A stretch of 64,000 nucleotides of DNA. Source: Bacteroidales bacterium. Lineage in GTDB: Bacteria > Bacteroidota > Bacteroidia > Bacteroidales > UBA7960. Below are positions 1 to 9,273 of the stretch, piece after piece. The stretch spans positions 2,815-66,814 of the forward strand of contig PWJC01000044.1 in assembly GCA_003560165.1 (NCBI GenBank), written 5' to 3'. A program made the translations under genes and the position numbers. Below the pieces are notes generated by a model. It had not been told where the DNA came from. It saw nothing but the letters and a program-made list of their open reading frames with translations, and did not search any database. Numbering within the stretch: position 1 is the stretch's first letter; each line of letters begins with the position of its first letter.

Positions 1-132
1 TACCTGCGGCTGGGATCGGAGCACCGCATCATCCCCTACCAGCACGACAACAGGCTCTGGGCCGATATCGGCAGTCTGCAGAAGCTGAGGATGGCCGAAG
101 AGATGATCAGGGATCATCCCGGCATGTTTTAA
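1..132 (+). CDS. 3' end of a gene truncated by the window edge; possibly a sugar-phosphate nucleotidyltransferase C-terminus
   Basis: Frame 1 is open from base 1 to TAA at 130-132 (...YQHDNRLWADIGSLQKLRMAEEMIRDHPGMF*). The W-x-D-I-G tail resembles nucleotidyltransferase C-termini, but only 43 aa are visible. Confidence 0.3.
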   Translation, partial: YLRLGSEHRIIPYQHDNRLWADIGSLQKLRMAEEMIRDHPGMF

Positions 133-167
133 ACCAGGAGGCAGGAACGCGCAAAAATTAAAAAAAG

Positions 168-3041
168 ATGCAGACTTTTCTGGAAGAGGTAAGCCGTTAC
201 ATCGTCGACACATGCCGGGAGATCATGGGGGAGGTCTGCATTGTAACCCCCAACCGCAGGGCCGGCCTCTTCCTGCGCAAACACCTGGCCTCGCTCCCGG
301 AGGCTCCCATGTGGGCGCCCGGCATCCTGAGCATCGAAGATTTCATCAACAGCATCAGCGGATACAGCATCTGCGACAACACCGGGCTGCTGCTCGAATT
401 CTACTCGGTATACAAGGACCTGGAACAGGAAAAGGCCGCCGATATCGACAACTTTCTGCGCTGGGCGCCGGCCCTTATCAGGGATTTCGACGACATCGAC
501 AATGCCATGTCCGATCCCTCAAAGCTTTACGCCCACCTCCAGGATATCCGCCACCTCGACACCTGGAACCCCGACGGCTCTCCACCCACTCCCTTTCAGC
601 AAAACTACCTGGATTTCATCCATCGGCTGCAGGACTACCACAAAGCCCTGGCAGCCCGGCTCAGGGAAAAGAAGATGGCCTGGCAGGGCCTTTCGTCAAG
701 GGAGGCAGCCATCCGGCTATCGGGGCCCGGACCGGGCTTCCCCTGGAAGAAGGTTTTTTTCGCCGGTTTCAATGCCTTGAGCCAGGCTGAGGAAACCATC
801 ATCCTTACCTTGCTCAAAAAGGGACAGGCAGAATACCTCCCCGATTCAGACCCCTATTATGCCGCCGATGAGCGCCACGAGGCCGGCACCTTTATCAGGA
901 AATACCGCAGACTGCCGGCCAGAAAGAGCTTCGAAAACAGCCCCGGGCATTATACAGGGTTGAACAAGCACATCCGCATCCTGGGGATCGCCAAAAACGT
1001 AAACCAGGCCAGGCTGGCCGGCAACCTGCTGATGCACGAAAACTGCCTGGGCACCGACGAACAGACCGCCGTGGTACTGGCCGACGAAGAACTGCTGATT
1101 CCCATGCTGAATGCGCTGCCTCGGGATTTGAACGGGCTTAATGTGACCATGGGCTACCCCCTGTCCAAGACCAATCTGTTCGCCTTTGTCGATGCCGTGT
1201 TCAGCCTGTACCTGAATGCCAGCCGCAGGCCCGGCCACCCTCCGGCCTTCTACCACAAAGACGTTAGCAGGCTGATGGGTCACAGCCTGTCGCGGCTGCT
1301 CGCCGGAGAGGGGCCACATGGGCCCTGCCCCGAAACTGTGGCCCGGCGGTTGCCGGAGTCCAACCGCAACTTCCTTGATTTCGACACCCTTTGTTCAATG
1401 TCAGATCATCCGGAAGCCTTCCGTTCTGCATTTGCCTTTCTGTCGGCCGACTGGCAGCAAGACATGGGAAGCATCTTCCCTGCCCTGACGGGCCTCACTG
1501 ATGCCTTCGACCGCAATTTTCGCAATAAGGCAGCCACCCAGGGAAGAGACATTGTCCATACGCCCTTTTTTGCCGATTTTGAATCGCTGGTTTACTTTGC
1601 CAGGATTTTCCGCCGCATGGAGGCCTTTCTGATACAATATCCCTTTCTGGGCTCACTGAAAACCATTGCCGGGATGATCCGGCAAGCCGCTTCCGAAACC
1701 CGGCTGTCGTTTTCGGGCGAGCCCCTTCAGGGCCTTCAGGTCATGGGCATGCTCGAAACCCGGAGCCTCGACTTCAGGAATGTGGTGCTGCTTTCGGCCA
1801 ACGAAAACATCCTGCCCAGGCCACGGCAGAAAAACTCTTTCATTCCCTATGAAGTGAAAAAAACCTTCGGCCTTCGTCTTTACCACGAGCAGGATGCCAT
1901 TTACTCCTACCATTTTTACCGCCTGCTGCAAAGGGCCGAGAACATCTACCTGATCTACAATACACAAACCGAAGACATCGGCAGCAGCGAAAAAAGCCGC
2001 TACATCTCCCAGATGCTGCACGAATTGCCATCATACAACCCCCACATCACGATCAGTGAGCAGATCGTATCCCTGCCCCCGGCCCCTTCGGGGCAAAAAC
2101 CCGGGCTGGTGGTGGAGAAAACGCCCGACATCATGGAGCGTTTGTACGGGATTGCCGAAAAAGGATTTTCGCCCTCTGCCCTGGGCCTTTACATCAACTG
2201 TTCGCTGCAGTTTTACTTTGAAAGGCTCGCCCGGCTCGAGGAGGCCGGGGCGGTGGAAGAAACCATCGAAGCCACCACGCTGGGCAGCGTGGTGCACGGG
2301 GTGCTGGAAACAATCTTCCGGCCTTTCGTGGGGAAGGTGCTTACCCCCGGGCACCTCAGGGGGATGCACGATCACCTCGGGGAGTGCCTCGACAGGGAGT
2401 TTGACAGCCAATACCACGGCGGCGACCTGGGTAGCGGAAAAAACCTCCTGCTCTACAACCTGGCCCGGCGTTATATCGAGAACCTGCTGGGTGAAGAGAT
2501 TCGCCTGCTCGACCACATGGCGGCCAGCAAACAGCTGATCACCCTGGTGGCCCTCGAGGAGCCGCTGACGGCTGCCCTGGTGCCGGCACCGGCCGGTAGC
2601 CGGCTACAGGCTGTCAATATCAGCGGCAAGGCCGACCGCATTGACCGCATAGCCGATATCCTGCGGGTGATCGACTACAAGACAGGAAGGGTGAAACAGG
2701 GCGAACTCAACTTTAAGGACTGGGACGAACCGCTTACCCGCAGCGACAAGGCAAAAGCCTTCCAGCTGCTGACCTATGCCTGGCTCTGTCAGAAAAACTA
2801 TCCGGAGATCCCATTGGTGGAACCGGGCATCGTTTCCATGCGCAATCCTTCAGCGGGGCTGCAGACCATGAAGTTTCCCGGAGGAAGCGGGAGCCTTGCA
2901 CCCGGACAGATGGACCACTTCGAAAAGGCATTGAAACAGATTGTGGATCAGATCATGGACCCGGGCAGGGCCTTTGTCCAAACCCCCGAGTTGGATAATT
3001 GCAAATGGTGTTCCTTCGCAACCCTTTGTGGTCGATACTGA
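168..3041 (+). CDS. PD-(D/E)XK superfamily nuclease, AddB-like (Fe-S nuclease domain)
   Basis: 957-aa ORF with a C-terminal RecB-family nuclease signature (GKADRIDR ... VIDYKTG ... QLLTYAW). It is bracketed by four Cys (INCSLQF ... NCKWCSFATLC), as in AddB-type iron-sulfur nuclease domains. No P-loop is visible in the N-terminus. Confidence 0.6.
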   Translation: MQTFLEEVSRYIVDTCREIMGEVCIVTPNRRAGLFLRKHLASLPEAPMWAPGILSIEDFINSISGYSICDNTGLLLEFYSVYKDLEQEKAADIDNFLRWAPALIRDFDDIDNAMSDPSKLYAHLQDIRHLDTWNPDGSPPTPFQQNYLDFIHRLQDYHKALAARLREKKMAWQGLSSREAAIRLSGPGPGFPWKKVFFAGFNALSQAEETIILTLLKKGQAEYLPDSDPYYAADERHEAGTFIRKYRRLPARKSFENSPGHYTGLNKHIRILGIAKNVNQARLAGNLLMHENCLGTDEQTAVVLADEELLIPMLNALPRDLNGLNVTMGYPLSKTNLFAFVDAVFSLYLNASRRPGHPPAFYHKDVSRLMGHSLSRLLAGEGPHGPCPETVARRLPESNRNFLDFDTLCSMSDHPEAFRSAFAFLSADWQQDMGSIFPALTGLTDAFDRNFRNKAATQGRDIVHTPFFADFESLVYFARIFRRMEAFLIQYPFLGSLKTIAGMIRQAASETRLSFSGEPLQGLQVMGMLETRSLDFRNVVLLSANENILPRPRQKNSFIPYEVKKTFGLRLYHEQDAIYSYHFYRLLQRAENIYLIYNTQTEDIGSSEKSRYISQMLHELPSYNPHITISEQIVSLPPAPSGQKPGLVVEKTPDIMERLYGIAEKGFSPSALGLYINCSLQFYFERLARLEEAGAVEETIEATTLGSVVHGVLETIFRPFVGKVLTPGHLRGMHDHLGECLDREFDSQYHGGDLGSGKNLLLYNLARRYIENLLGEEIRLLDHMAASKQLITLVALEEPLTAALVPAPAGSRLQAVNISGKADRIDRIADILRVIDYKTGRVKQGELNFKDWDEPLTRSDKAKAFQLLTYAWLCQKNYPEIPLVEPGIVSMRNPSAGLQTMKFPGGSGSLAPGQMDHFEKALKQIVDQIMDPGRAFVQTPELDNCKWCSFATLCGRY

Positions 3042-3068
3042 TCCGGCCGGTTAAAAGGGGCGGGGACT

Positions 3069-5687
3069 TTATCTGAGCAGTTCCCTGCTTTCCTGAAGCA
3101 CCTTGTCGAGGCCTGAGGGGTCTTTCCCACCCGCAGTGGCAAAAAACGGCTGCCCACCGCCCCCTCCCCCGATGCGGGCAGCGAGTTGCTGCACCAGCTT
3201 GCCGGCATGCAAGCCCTTTTCCCGAACCAGGGTTTCATCGATCATGAGGGTGATGCCTGGTTTGCCGGCATCAAGGTGAGCAATCACCAGGAAAAGGTCC
3301 TTCACCAGGCCTTTGAGACCAAAGGCGAGGTCTTTGGCTTTTTTTGCATCGATATTGAGCCTGGTGCCCACAAAATTCACCCCGTTGATCTCTTCGGCCT
3401 GTTGGGCCAATTCAACGGCCATCTGCCTGATGCGCAGCTTTTGCAGGCTTTCAAGCTCCTTTTTCATGGTTTCGTGTTCGTCCAGGAGTTGCCTGAGGGT
3501 CCTGACGCTGTCTTTGGGATGCCTGAGGGTTTCCCGGAGGGCTTCCAACTCGTCGATCCTGGCATAGACCAGTTCTTCGGCCGCACGGCCGGTAACCGCT
3601 TCCACCCGCCTGATGCCGGCGGCAATGCCACCTTCCGAATCAATGGCGAACAGACCGATCTGCCCGGTGGCCTCCACGTGGGTCCCCCCGCACAATTCGG
3701 CCGAGAAGTCTTTGTCGAAGGCCACCACCCTGACCTCTTCCCCGTATTTTTCCCCAAAAAGGGCCGTGGCCCCCATTTTTTCGGCCTCCGGCATGCTCAG
3801 CCTCCGGTGCTCTTCCAGGCCGGTGTTTTCACGGATCTTTTCGTTGACCAGTTTCTCCACGGTCCGGATCTCTTCGGGGGTCATTTTCCCGAAATGCGAA
3901 AAATCGAACCTCAGCCTGCGGTCATCGACCAGCGAACCCTTTTGCTGAACGTGGCTCCCCAGCGTTTTTTTCAGTGCCGAATGCAGCAGGTGGGTGGCGG
4001 TGTGGTTGTTGGCGATAAGCCGTCTTTTTACCGCATCGACCCTGGCGCATACCTTTTCGGGCCATTGGTCCGGGATGCCGGGCATCAGGTGGAGCACCAT
4101 GTTGTTTTCAAACAGGGTATCCACTACGGGATATGCCCTGCCGTTCACCAGAAATTGCCCCCGGTCGCCCACCTGTCCGCCGGCCTCGGCATAAAAGGGT
4201 GTCTGATCGAGTACTACCTGGTACATGGTCTTTCCTTTTTGAACCAGGCTGCGGTATCGGACCACGCTGGCCTCTGCCTCCAGGCGGTCGTATCCCAGAA
4301 AGCGGGTTTCCTCTCGCCAGGGGCGCAACTCCACCCAGTCGGCCGGTTCGGTAACGGCTGCGGCCCGGCTGCGGGATCTCTGGGCTTCCATCCCCTGCCT
4401 GAAGCCCTCCATGTCTACCGTGCGCCCGATCTCCCTGGCCATCAGGGTGGTCAGGTCGATGGGAAATCCATAGGTGTCAAACAGCTCAAAGGCGAATTTG
4501 CCATCAATCTGGTGGCCGCCGGGATGTTCGCTGATGTATTGTTCAAATTTCTGTATCCCCAGCGACAGGGTACGCAGAAACGTCATTTCCTCCTCGGCGA
4601 TGACCTTTTCGATCAACGCCTGCTGTGCCCTGAGCTCGGGGAAGGCATCCCCCATGTTTTCGACCAGCACGGGCAAGAGCCGGTGAACAAAGGGCTCGTG
4701 GAAGTGAAGGAAGGTGTAGCCGTAGCGAACGGCGCGCCGGAGTATGCGCCGGATCACATAACCGGCTTTGTTGTTTGAAGGCAGTTCGCCATCTGCTATG
4801 GAAAACGACACCGCCCTGAGGTGGTCGGCCACCACCCTCATGGCCACGTCGGCTTCTCTCGACTGCCCGTAGGTCAGGCCGGAGAGCTCTTCCAGTTTGC
4901 CGATAAGGGGCCGTAACACGTCGGTGTCGTAGTTCGAGGTTTTTTTCTGCAGGGCCATGCACAGTCGCTCAAAACCCATGCCCGTATCCACGTGCTTTGC
5001 GGGGAGGCTTTTCAGTGACCCTTCGCTCAGCCTGTTGAACTCGATAAACACCAGGTTCCATATCTCGATCACCAGGGGGTGTTCTTTGTTCACCAGTCCG
5101 GCCCCGGCAGTCTTGCTTCTCTCCCTGTTGTCGCGCAGGTCGATATGTATTTCGGAACATGGGCCGCAGGGTCCGGTATCGCCCATCTCCCAGAAGTTGT
5201 CTTTTTTCGAACCAAAGAGGACGCGGTCTTCAGACAGGTATTTGTGCCAGATGTCGCGTGATTCCATATCGGCCGCCAGCCCGTCTTCGGCCGATCCTTC
5301 GAAGACGGTGGCATACAGCCGGTCTTTGTCCAGCCGGAAGACCCCGGTGAGCAACTCCCAGGCCCAGGCAATGGCCTCCTCTTTGAAATAGTCGCCGAAA
5401 CTCCAGTTGCCCAGCATCTCGAACATGGTGTGGTGGTAAGTGTCGTGCCCCACCTCCTCCAGGTCGTTGTGTTTTCCAGAGACCCTCAGGCATTTCTGCG
5501 AATTGGCCACCCGGGGATGCAGGGCGGGGTAATTGCCCAAAAACACATCCTTGAACTGATTCATGCCCGCATTGACAAACATCAGGGTGGGATCGTTCTT
5601 TACCACCATGGGGGCCGAAGGGACCACCCTGTGTCCACGGTCTTCGAAAAATTTAAGAAATGCGGTGCGAATATCGTTAGCGTTCAT
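3069..5687 (-). CDS. alaS: alanine--tRNA ligase
   Basis: 872 aa. The N-terminus MNANDIRTAFLKFFEDRGHRVVPSAPMV...FVNAGMNQFKD is typical AlaRS. The HxxxH editing region (NNHTATHLLH) and the glycine-rich DHHA1 C-terminus are present. Confidence 0.97.
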   Translation of the reverse strand: MNANDIRTAFLKFFEDRGHRVVPSAPMVVKNDPTLMFVNAGMNQFKDVFLGNYPALHPRVANSQKCLRVSGKHNDLEEVGHDTYHHTMFEMLGNWSFGDYFKEEAIAWAWELLTGVFRLDKDRLYATVFEGSAEDGLAADMESRDIWHKYLSEDRVLFGSKKDNFWEMGDTGPCGPCSEIHIDLRDNRERSKTAGAGLVNKEHPLVIEIWNLVFIEFNRLSEGSLKSLPAKHVDTGMGFERLCMALQKKTSNYDTDVLRPLIGKLEELSGLTYGQSREADVAMRVVADHLRAVSFSIADGELPSNNKAGYVIRRILRRAVRYGYTFLHFHEPFVHRLLPVLVENMGDAFPELRAQQALIEKVIAEEEMTFLRTLSLGIQKFEQYISEHPGGHQIDGKFAFELFDTYGFPIDLTTLMAREIGRTVDMEGFRQGMEAQRSRSRAAAVTEPADWVELRPWREETRFLGYDRLEAEASVVRYRSLVQKGKTMYQVVLDQTPFYAEAGGQVGDRGQFLVNGRAYPVVDTLFENNMVLHLMPGIPDQWPEKVCARVDAVKRRLIANNHTATHLLHSALKKTLGSHVQQKGSLVDDRRLRFDFSHFGKMTPEEIRTVEKLVNEKIRENTGLEEHRRLSMPEAEKMGATALFGEKYGEEVRVVAFDKDFSAELCGGTHVEATGQIGLFAIDSEGGIAAGIRRVEAVTGRAAEELVYARIDELEALRETLRHPKDSVRTLRQLLDEHETMKKELESLQKLRIRQMAVELAQQAEEINGVNFVGTRLNIDAKKAKDLAFGLKGLVKDLFLVIAHLDAGKPGITLMIDETLVREKGLHAGKLVQQLAARIGGGGGGQPFFATAGGKDPSGLDKVLQESRELLR

Positions 5688-5726
5688 TTAAATGGTCTGA
5701 TTGGGTAACTTTTTTTTCACGAACCA

Positions 5727-5734
5727 CAAAATTA
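5727..5734 (-). promoter_or_regulatory. candidate Bacteroidota -7 promoter box for alaS
   Basis: The minus strand reads TAATTTTG, an exact TAnnTTTG match, 39 nt upstream of the alaS ATG. It is embedded in a 19-nt element repeated at 50359-50377. Confidence 0.5.
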
Positions 5735-5747
5735 CGTGTTTTTTTTA

Positions 5748-5755
5748 TAGTTTTG
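5748..5755 (+). promoter_or_regulatory. candidate -7 promoter box for the M23 peptidase gene
   Basis: TAGTTTTG is an exact TAnnTTTG match, 54 nt upstream of the ATG at 5810. Confidence 0.4.
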
Positions 5756-5809
5756 TTTTTTGAACCCATTCGAGCCGCCAGAACCGGCGGCGGCATCCAA
5801 AAAAACAAT

Positions 5810-6778
5810 ATGGGCAGGGTTAAATACCGATTTAACACCAAGTCGCTGGCAGTTGAGCAGGTCAGGGAAACCCTGTGGGACAAGGCCAAAACCCTGCTTC
5901 AGTACGTGCTGGCGGGCATGGTGTTCTCGGTGGTGGTCCTGGTTATCGGATTCACCTTTTTCGACTCGCCCAAAGAGCGGATGCTGAGGCGGGAGATCGA
6001 GCAATTCAGGCTGCAGTACGAGATCATCAACGACCGCCTGAATGTGCTATCGACCGTACTCGAAGACATCGAAGACCGCGACGACCATATTTACCGGGTC
6101 ATCTTCGAGGCCGATCCGATACCCCGCAGTATACGCGATGCGGCCTTCGGAGGCACCGACCGCTACGCCCATTTGTCGGGTTTCCAGAACAGCGAACTGA
6201 TTTCCACTACCCTGCGGCGCATCGACCAGCTTGCCCGGCAGCTCTACATCCAATCCACTTCCTACGACGAGGTGTTTGAAATGGCCCTCAACAAGGCCGA
6301 TATGCTGGCTTCCATCCCGGCCATCGTACCACTGGCCAAAGGTTCGGAAAGGCTGATGTCGGGCTACGGAATGCGAATCCACCCCATCTACAAGACCCTG
6401 AGGATGCATACCGGGGTCGATTTCACTGCCCCTACAGGCACCCCCATTTATTCCACCGGCAACGGCATGGTGGTCAGGGCCGAAAGGAACAACCATGGCT
6501 ACGGCCTCATGGTGGTGATCGATCACGGCTACGGGTACCAGACCCTCTATGCCCACATGAATGAGATCAGTGTGCGGCCCGGGCAGGAAGTCCAAAGGGG
6601 AGAGGTGATCGGTAAGGTGGGCAACACGGGTACTTCCACTGCCCCCCATCTGCATTACGAAGTGACGCGCAACGGCAGGAATGTGAACCCTGTGCATTAT
6701 TTTTACAGCGACCTGACGCCTGAAGAATTCGAGATCATTGTTGAGAGGGCATCCCGTGTCAACCAGTCGCTGTCCTGA
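5810..6778 (+). CDS. M23 family metallopeptidase (LytM-like)
   Basis: HTGVDFTAP and TAPHLHYEV metal-binding motifs plus an N-terminal TM helix. ATG 5810 is preferred over the TTG 5753 of the ORF track because a -7 box overlaps 5753. Confidence 0.85.
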   Translation: MGRVKYRFNTKSLAVEQVRETLWDKAKTLLQYVLAGMVFSVVVLVIGFTFFDSPKERMLRREIEQFRLQYEIINDRLNVLSTVLEDIEDRDDHIYRVIFEADPIPRSIRDAAFGGTDRYAHLSGFQNSELISTTLRRIDQLARQLYIQSTSYDEVFEMALNKADMLASIPAIVPLAKGSERLMSGYGMRIHPIYKTLRMHTGVDFTAPTGTPIYSTGNGMVVRAERNNHGYGLMVVIDHGYGYQTLYAHMNEISVRPGQEVQRGEVIGKVGNTGTSTAPHLHYEVTRNGRNVNPVHYFYSDLTPEEFEIIVERASRVNQSLS

Positions 6779-6919
6779 CCCACCGCATATTCCTTATCTT
6801 TTCCGGGATGGCCTGAGTTCTCTGCAAACATTCGCCGGCATGGTTTTTTTTCCGGGCGACCCGGTATTCCCGGTCACGAATCTCGGGATTTTCTTATTTT
6901 TACCAGTCAAAAAAAGCAA

Positions 6920-7255
6920 ATGGACAATAAGCTCCCGGTTTCCGGCAAGATCTATTACTCTATCGGTGAGGTAGCGGAGATGTTCGGGGTGAATGCTTCC
7001 CTGATCAGGTTCTGGGAAAAGGAATTCGACATCATCCGCCCGCATAGGAACAAGAAGGGGAACCGGATGTTCACCCAAAAAGATGTCGACAACTTCCACC
7101 TGATCTACCACCTGATCAAAGAAAGGGGCTTTACCCTGAAAGGGGCCAGAGAAAAGCTCAGACAAAATCCGGGCGACCTCCAAAAAGACCTGGAGATCAT
7201 TAAGACCCTCAATAAACTCCGCGACTTTTTGCTAGGGGTCAAATCCTCACTCTGA
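6920..7255 (+). CDS. MerR family transcriptional regulator (small, HTH only)
   Basis: 111 aa with the MerR HTH YYSIGEVAEMFGVNASLIRFWEKEF...RPHRNKKGNRMFTQKDV. Confidence 0.8.
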   Translation: MDNKLPVSGKIYYSIGEVAEMFGVNASLIRFWEKEFDIIRPHRNKKGNRMFTQKDVDNFHLIYHLIKERGFTLKGAREKLRQNPGDLQKDLEIIKTLNKLRDFLLGVKSSL

Positions 7256-7294
7256 CCCACTGCCCAACCAACCCCCATATCTAAAACGACAACA

Positions 7295-9229
7295 ATGGTA
7301 GCAAAAATCAAGAAGAAACTCCATGAGTCCAAAACAGCCCGCTGGGGTGTGCTGGTGATCGCTAGCTTTGCCATGGCCACCAATTATTATTTTTACGATG
7401 CCCTGGCTCCCCTGGCTGACCTGATCCGGATGAACCTGGGTTTCTCCACCACCGAATACGGCTTCTTTATATCGGCCTATTCCATCCCCAACGTATTTCT
7501 TGCCATGGCCGTTCTGGGGGGTATCATTCTCGACCGCATCGGGATACGGATCACCGGCTTCTCCTTTATCTTCCTCATGGCCCTGGGAGGCAGCATCACG
7601 GCATACGGCGCCTCGGAGAGCTTCCTCAGCGGGGGTTTCGGCTACAGCTTCATGGACTCTTTTCTTACCTCCTATTCCCCTGCCCTGAAAATGATGTCGC
7701 TGGGGTTCTTCGTTTTCGGCCTTGGGGCTGAAACCAGCATCGTAGTGCTGTCGAAGGTGATCGTCAAATGGTTCAAAGGCAAGGAACTTGCCCTGGCACT
7801 GGGGCTCAACCTGGCCATCGGCCGCCTGGGCGCAGCCCTGGCCTTTACCCTTTCGCCCCGGCTGATCTACCCCGAATGGACCACCGCCATCTGGTTTGGG
7901 GTATTGCTGTTGTGGCTGGGGCTGCTGGCCTTTATGATCTATATGATCTTCGACATCAGGCTCGACCGCCAGGCCGACATCGACATCAAAGACCCGGAAG
8001 ACGAATTCCGGTGGAAAGATTTGAAAGACCTGGTTACCAACCGCTCGGTGATCTACATCACCTTGTTGTGCGTCACCTTCTATTCGGCGGTTTTCCCTTT
8101 TCTGAAGTTTGCCCCCGATCTGCTGATGAATAAGTTCTCGATGCCCAGGGCCCTTGCCGGCGACGTGACTTCCTACCTGATGTACGGGACCATACTGCTG
8201 ACACCACTGTTTGGCTGGGTGGCTGACAACAAGGGGAAAAGCGCCACCCTGATGTATCTGGGCTCGGCCCTGCTGATCATTGCCCACCTGATGTTTGCCA
8301 AAACCTATATCGAACCCAGGGTACCCATTGTGCTGCTGGGCATTGCCTTTTCCCTGGTCCCGGCCGCCATGTGGCCGGCCGTGACCCGGATCGTCAGGCA
8401 GAGCAAACTGGGGACTGCCTACGGCTTTATGTTCTCGGTACAGAACATCGGCCTGTGGATCTTTCCCATCCTCATCGGTTATGTGGTCGATTCATCGAAT
8501 CCGTTTTACCGCACCGAAATACTTCCCGCCCAATATGAGGAGATACAGCAAGAGAACATGAGCTATAACGGAACCTATATCGACAGGCACCGCGAACCCA
8601 ATGCCGGCATGACCATCCACCTGAACGCCTCGGTGTTTGAAGACAGCATCAGCGGCAATGTCGTTTGGCGGGAGGTACACATGGTCACCACCGGCCCCGA
8701 AGGGGAGTTCAGCATCACCCTGGGGCAGGGGGATGTGATCTCCAGGGTGGATTTCGGAAAATTGTCTCCCGGGCCTGACTACGAGGCAGAGATTACCATC
8801 AGCCGCAGGCAGGTGGAAACCACCATTTTCAGGGGGGAATTTGAAGCCGACCGCGAACAGTTATTCACCTCCGGGGTTGATCGCCGCCACGAAGCCTTTT
8901 TCGGACAGACCCTCAGGGGACGTATCAGCCTGTTCGACCGGGACACCCAGGAGCTGGTATGGGAAGAGAGGATCCGCTTTTACCTGTCGGACCAGGGAGT
9001 ATTCGAGATCACCATGGGGCTGGGGCGCCTGGCCTGGGCCGACCCCCGTTATTTCGGGCTGCACGAGGCAAGGCATGCCGCAGAGATCATCAAGCCGCTC
9101 GATTACACCAATGCCATGCTGGTGTTCTCTTTGCTGGGCTTTGCCGGATTGGTGTTCGCCTTCCTGCTCAAGCGCGAAGACAAAACCTCGGGTTACGGAC
9201 TGGAGTTGCCCAACAAGGAAATGCCTTAG
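7295..9229 (+). CDS. MFS transporter with a large soluble insertion before the last TM helix
   Basis: 644 aa with multiple hydrophobic helices in an MFS-like arrangement. A hydrophilic segment of about 200 aa (aa ~400-605) precedes a final TM helix (AMLVFSLLGFAGLVFAFLL). Confidence 0.75.
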   Translation: MVAKIKKKLHESKTARWGVLVIASFAMATNYYFYDALAPLADLIRMNLGFSTTEYGFFISAYSIPNVFLAMAVLGGIILDRIGIRITGFSFIFLMALGGSITAYGASESFLSGGFGYSFMDSFLTSYSPALKMMSLGFFVFGLGAETSIVVLSKVIVKWFKGKELALALGLNLAIGRLGAALAFTLSPRLIYPEWTTAIWFGVLLLWLGLLAFMIYMIFDIRLDRQADIDIKDPEDEFRWKDLKDLVTNRSVIYITLLCVTFYSAVFPFLKFAPDLLMNKFSMPRALAGDVTSYLMYGTILLTPLFGWVADNKGKSATLMYLGSALLIIAHLMFAKTYIEPRVPIVLLGIAFSLVPAAMWPAVTRIVRQSKLGTAYGFMFSVQNIGLWIFPILIGYVVDSSNPFYRTEILPAQYEEIQQENMSYNGTYIDRHREPNAGMTIHLNASVFEDSISGNVVWREVHMVTTGPEGEFSITLGQGDVISRVDFGKLSPGPDYEAEITISRRQVETTIFRGEFEADREQLFTSGVDRRHEAFFGQTLRGRISLFDRDTQELVWEERIRFYLSDQGVFEITMGLGRLAWADPRYFGLHEARHAAEIIKPLDYTNAMLVFSLLGFAGLVFAFLLKREDKTSGYGLELPNKEMP

Positions 9230-9273
9230 GGGCACGGACTGAAAACGGAACCCAACCAAAAGAATTCCAGATC

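Noticed and set aside
3186-4778. 530-aa plus-strand ORF antisense to alaS. Similar long antisense ORFs occur at 7247-8287, 10992-12500, 24476-25804, 28079-29482, 38807-40090, 51938-53077 and 59513-60856.
   Set aside because: All lie opposite genes with unmistakable conserved-family sequences. Their translations are G/R/P/H/V-rich and low-complexity, typical of stop-poor antisense frames in GC-rich DNA. No recognisable motifs were seen.
8959-9273. N-terminal extensions offered by the ORF track: hldD from 8959, TPR protein from 53236, M28 peptidase from 59054, MerR/B12 regulator from 44739, LysM protein from 50384, DUF2148 from 43818 and acpH from 10985.
   Set aside because: The extensions overlap neighbouring genes or predicted promoter boxes and have non-protein-like composition. 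Each is followed by an internal ATG that reproduces the family's canonical N-terminus or a signal peptide.
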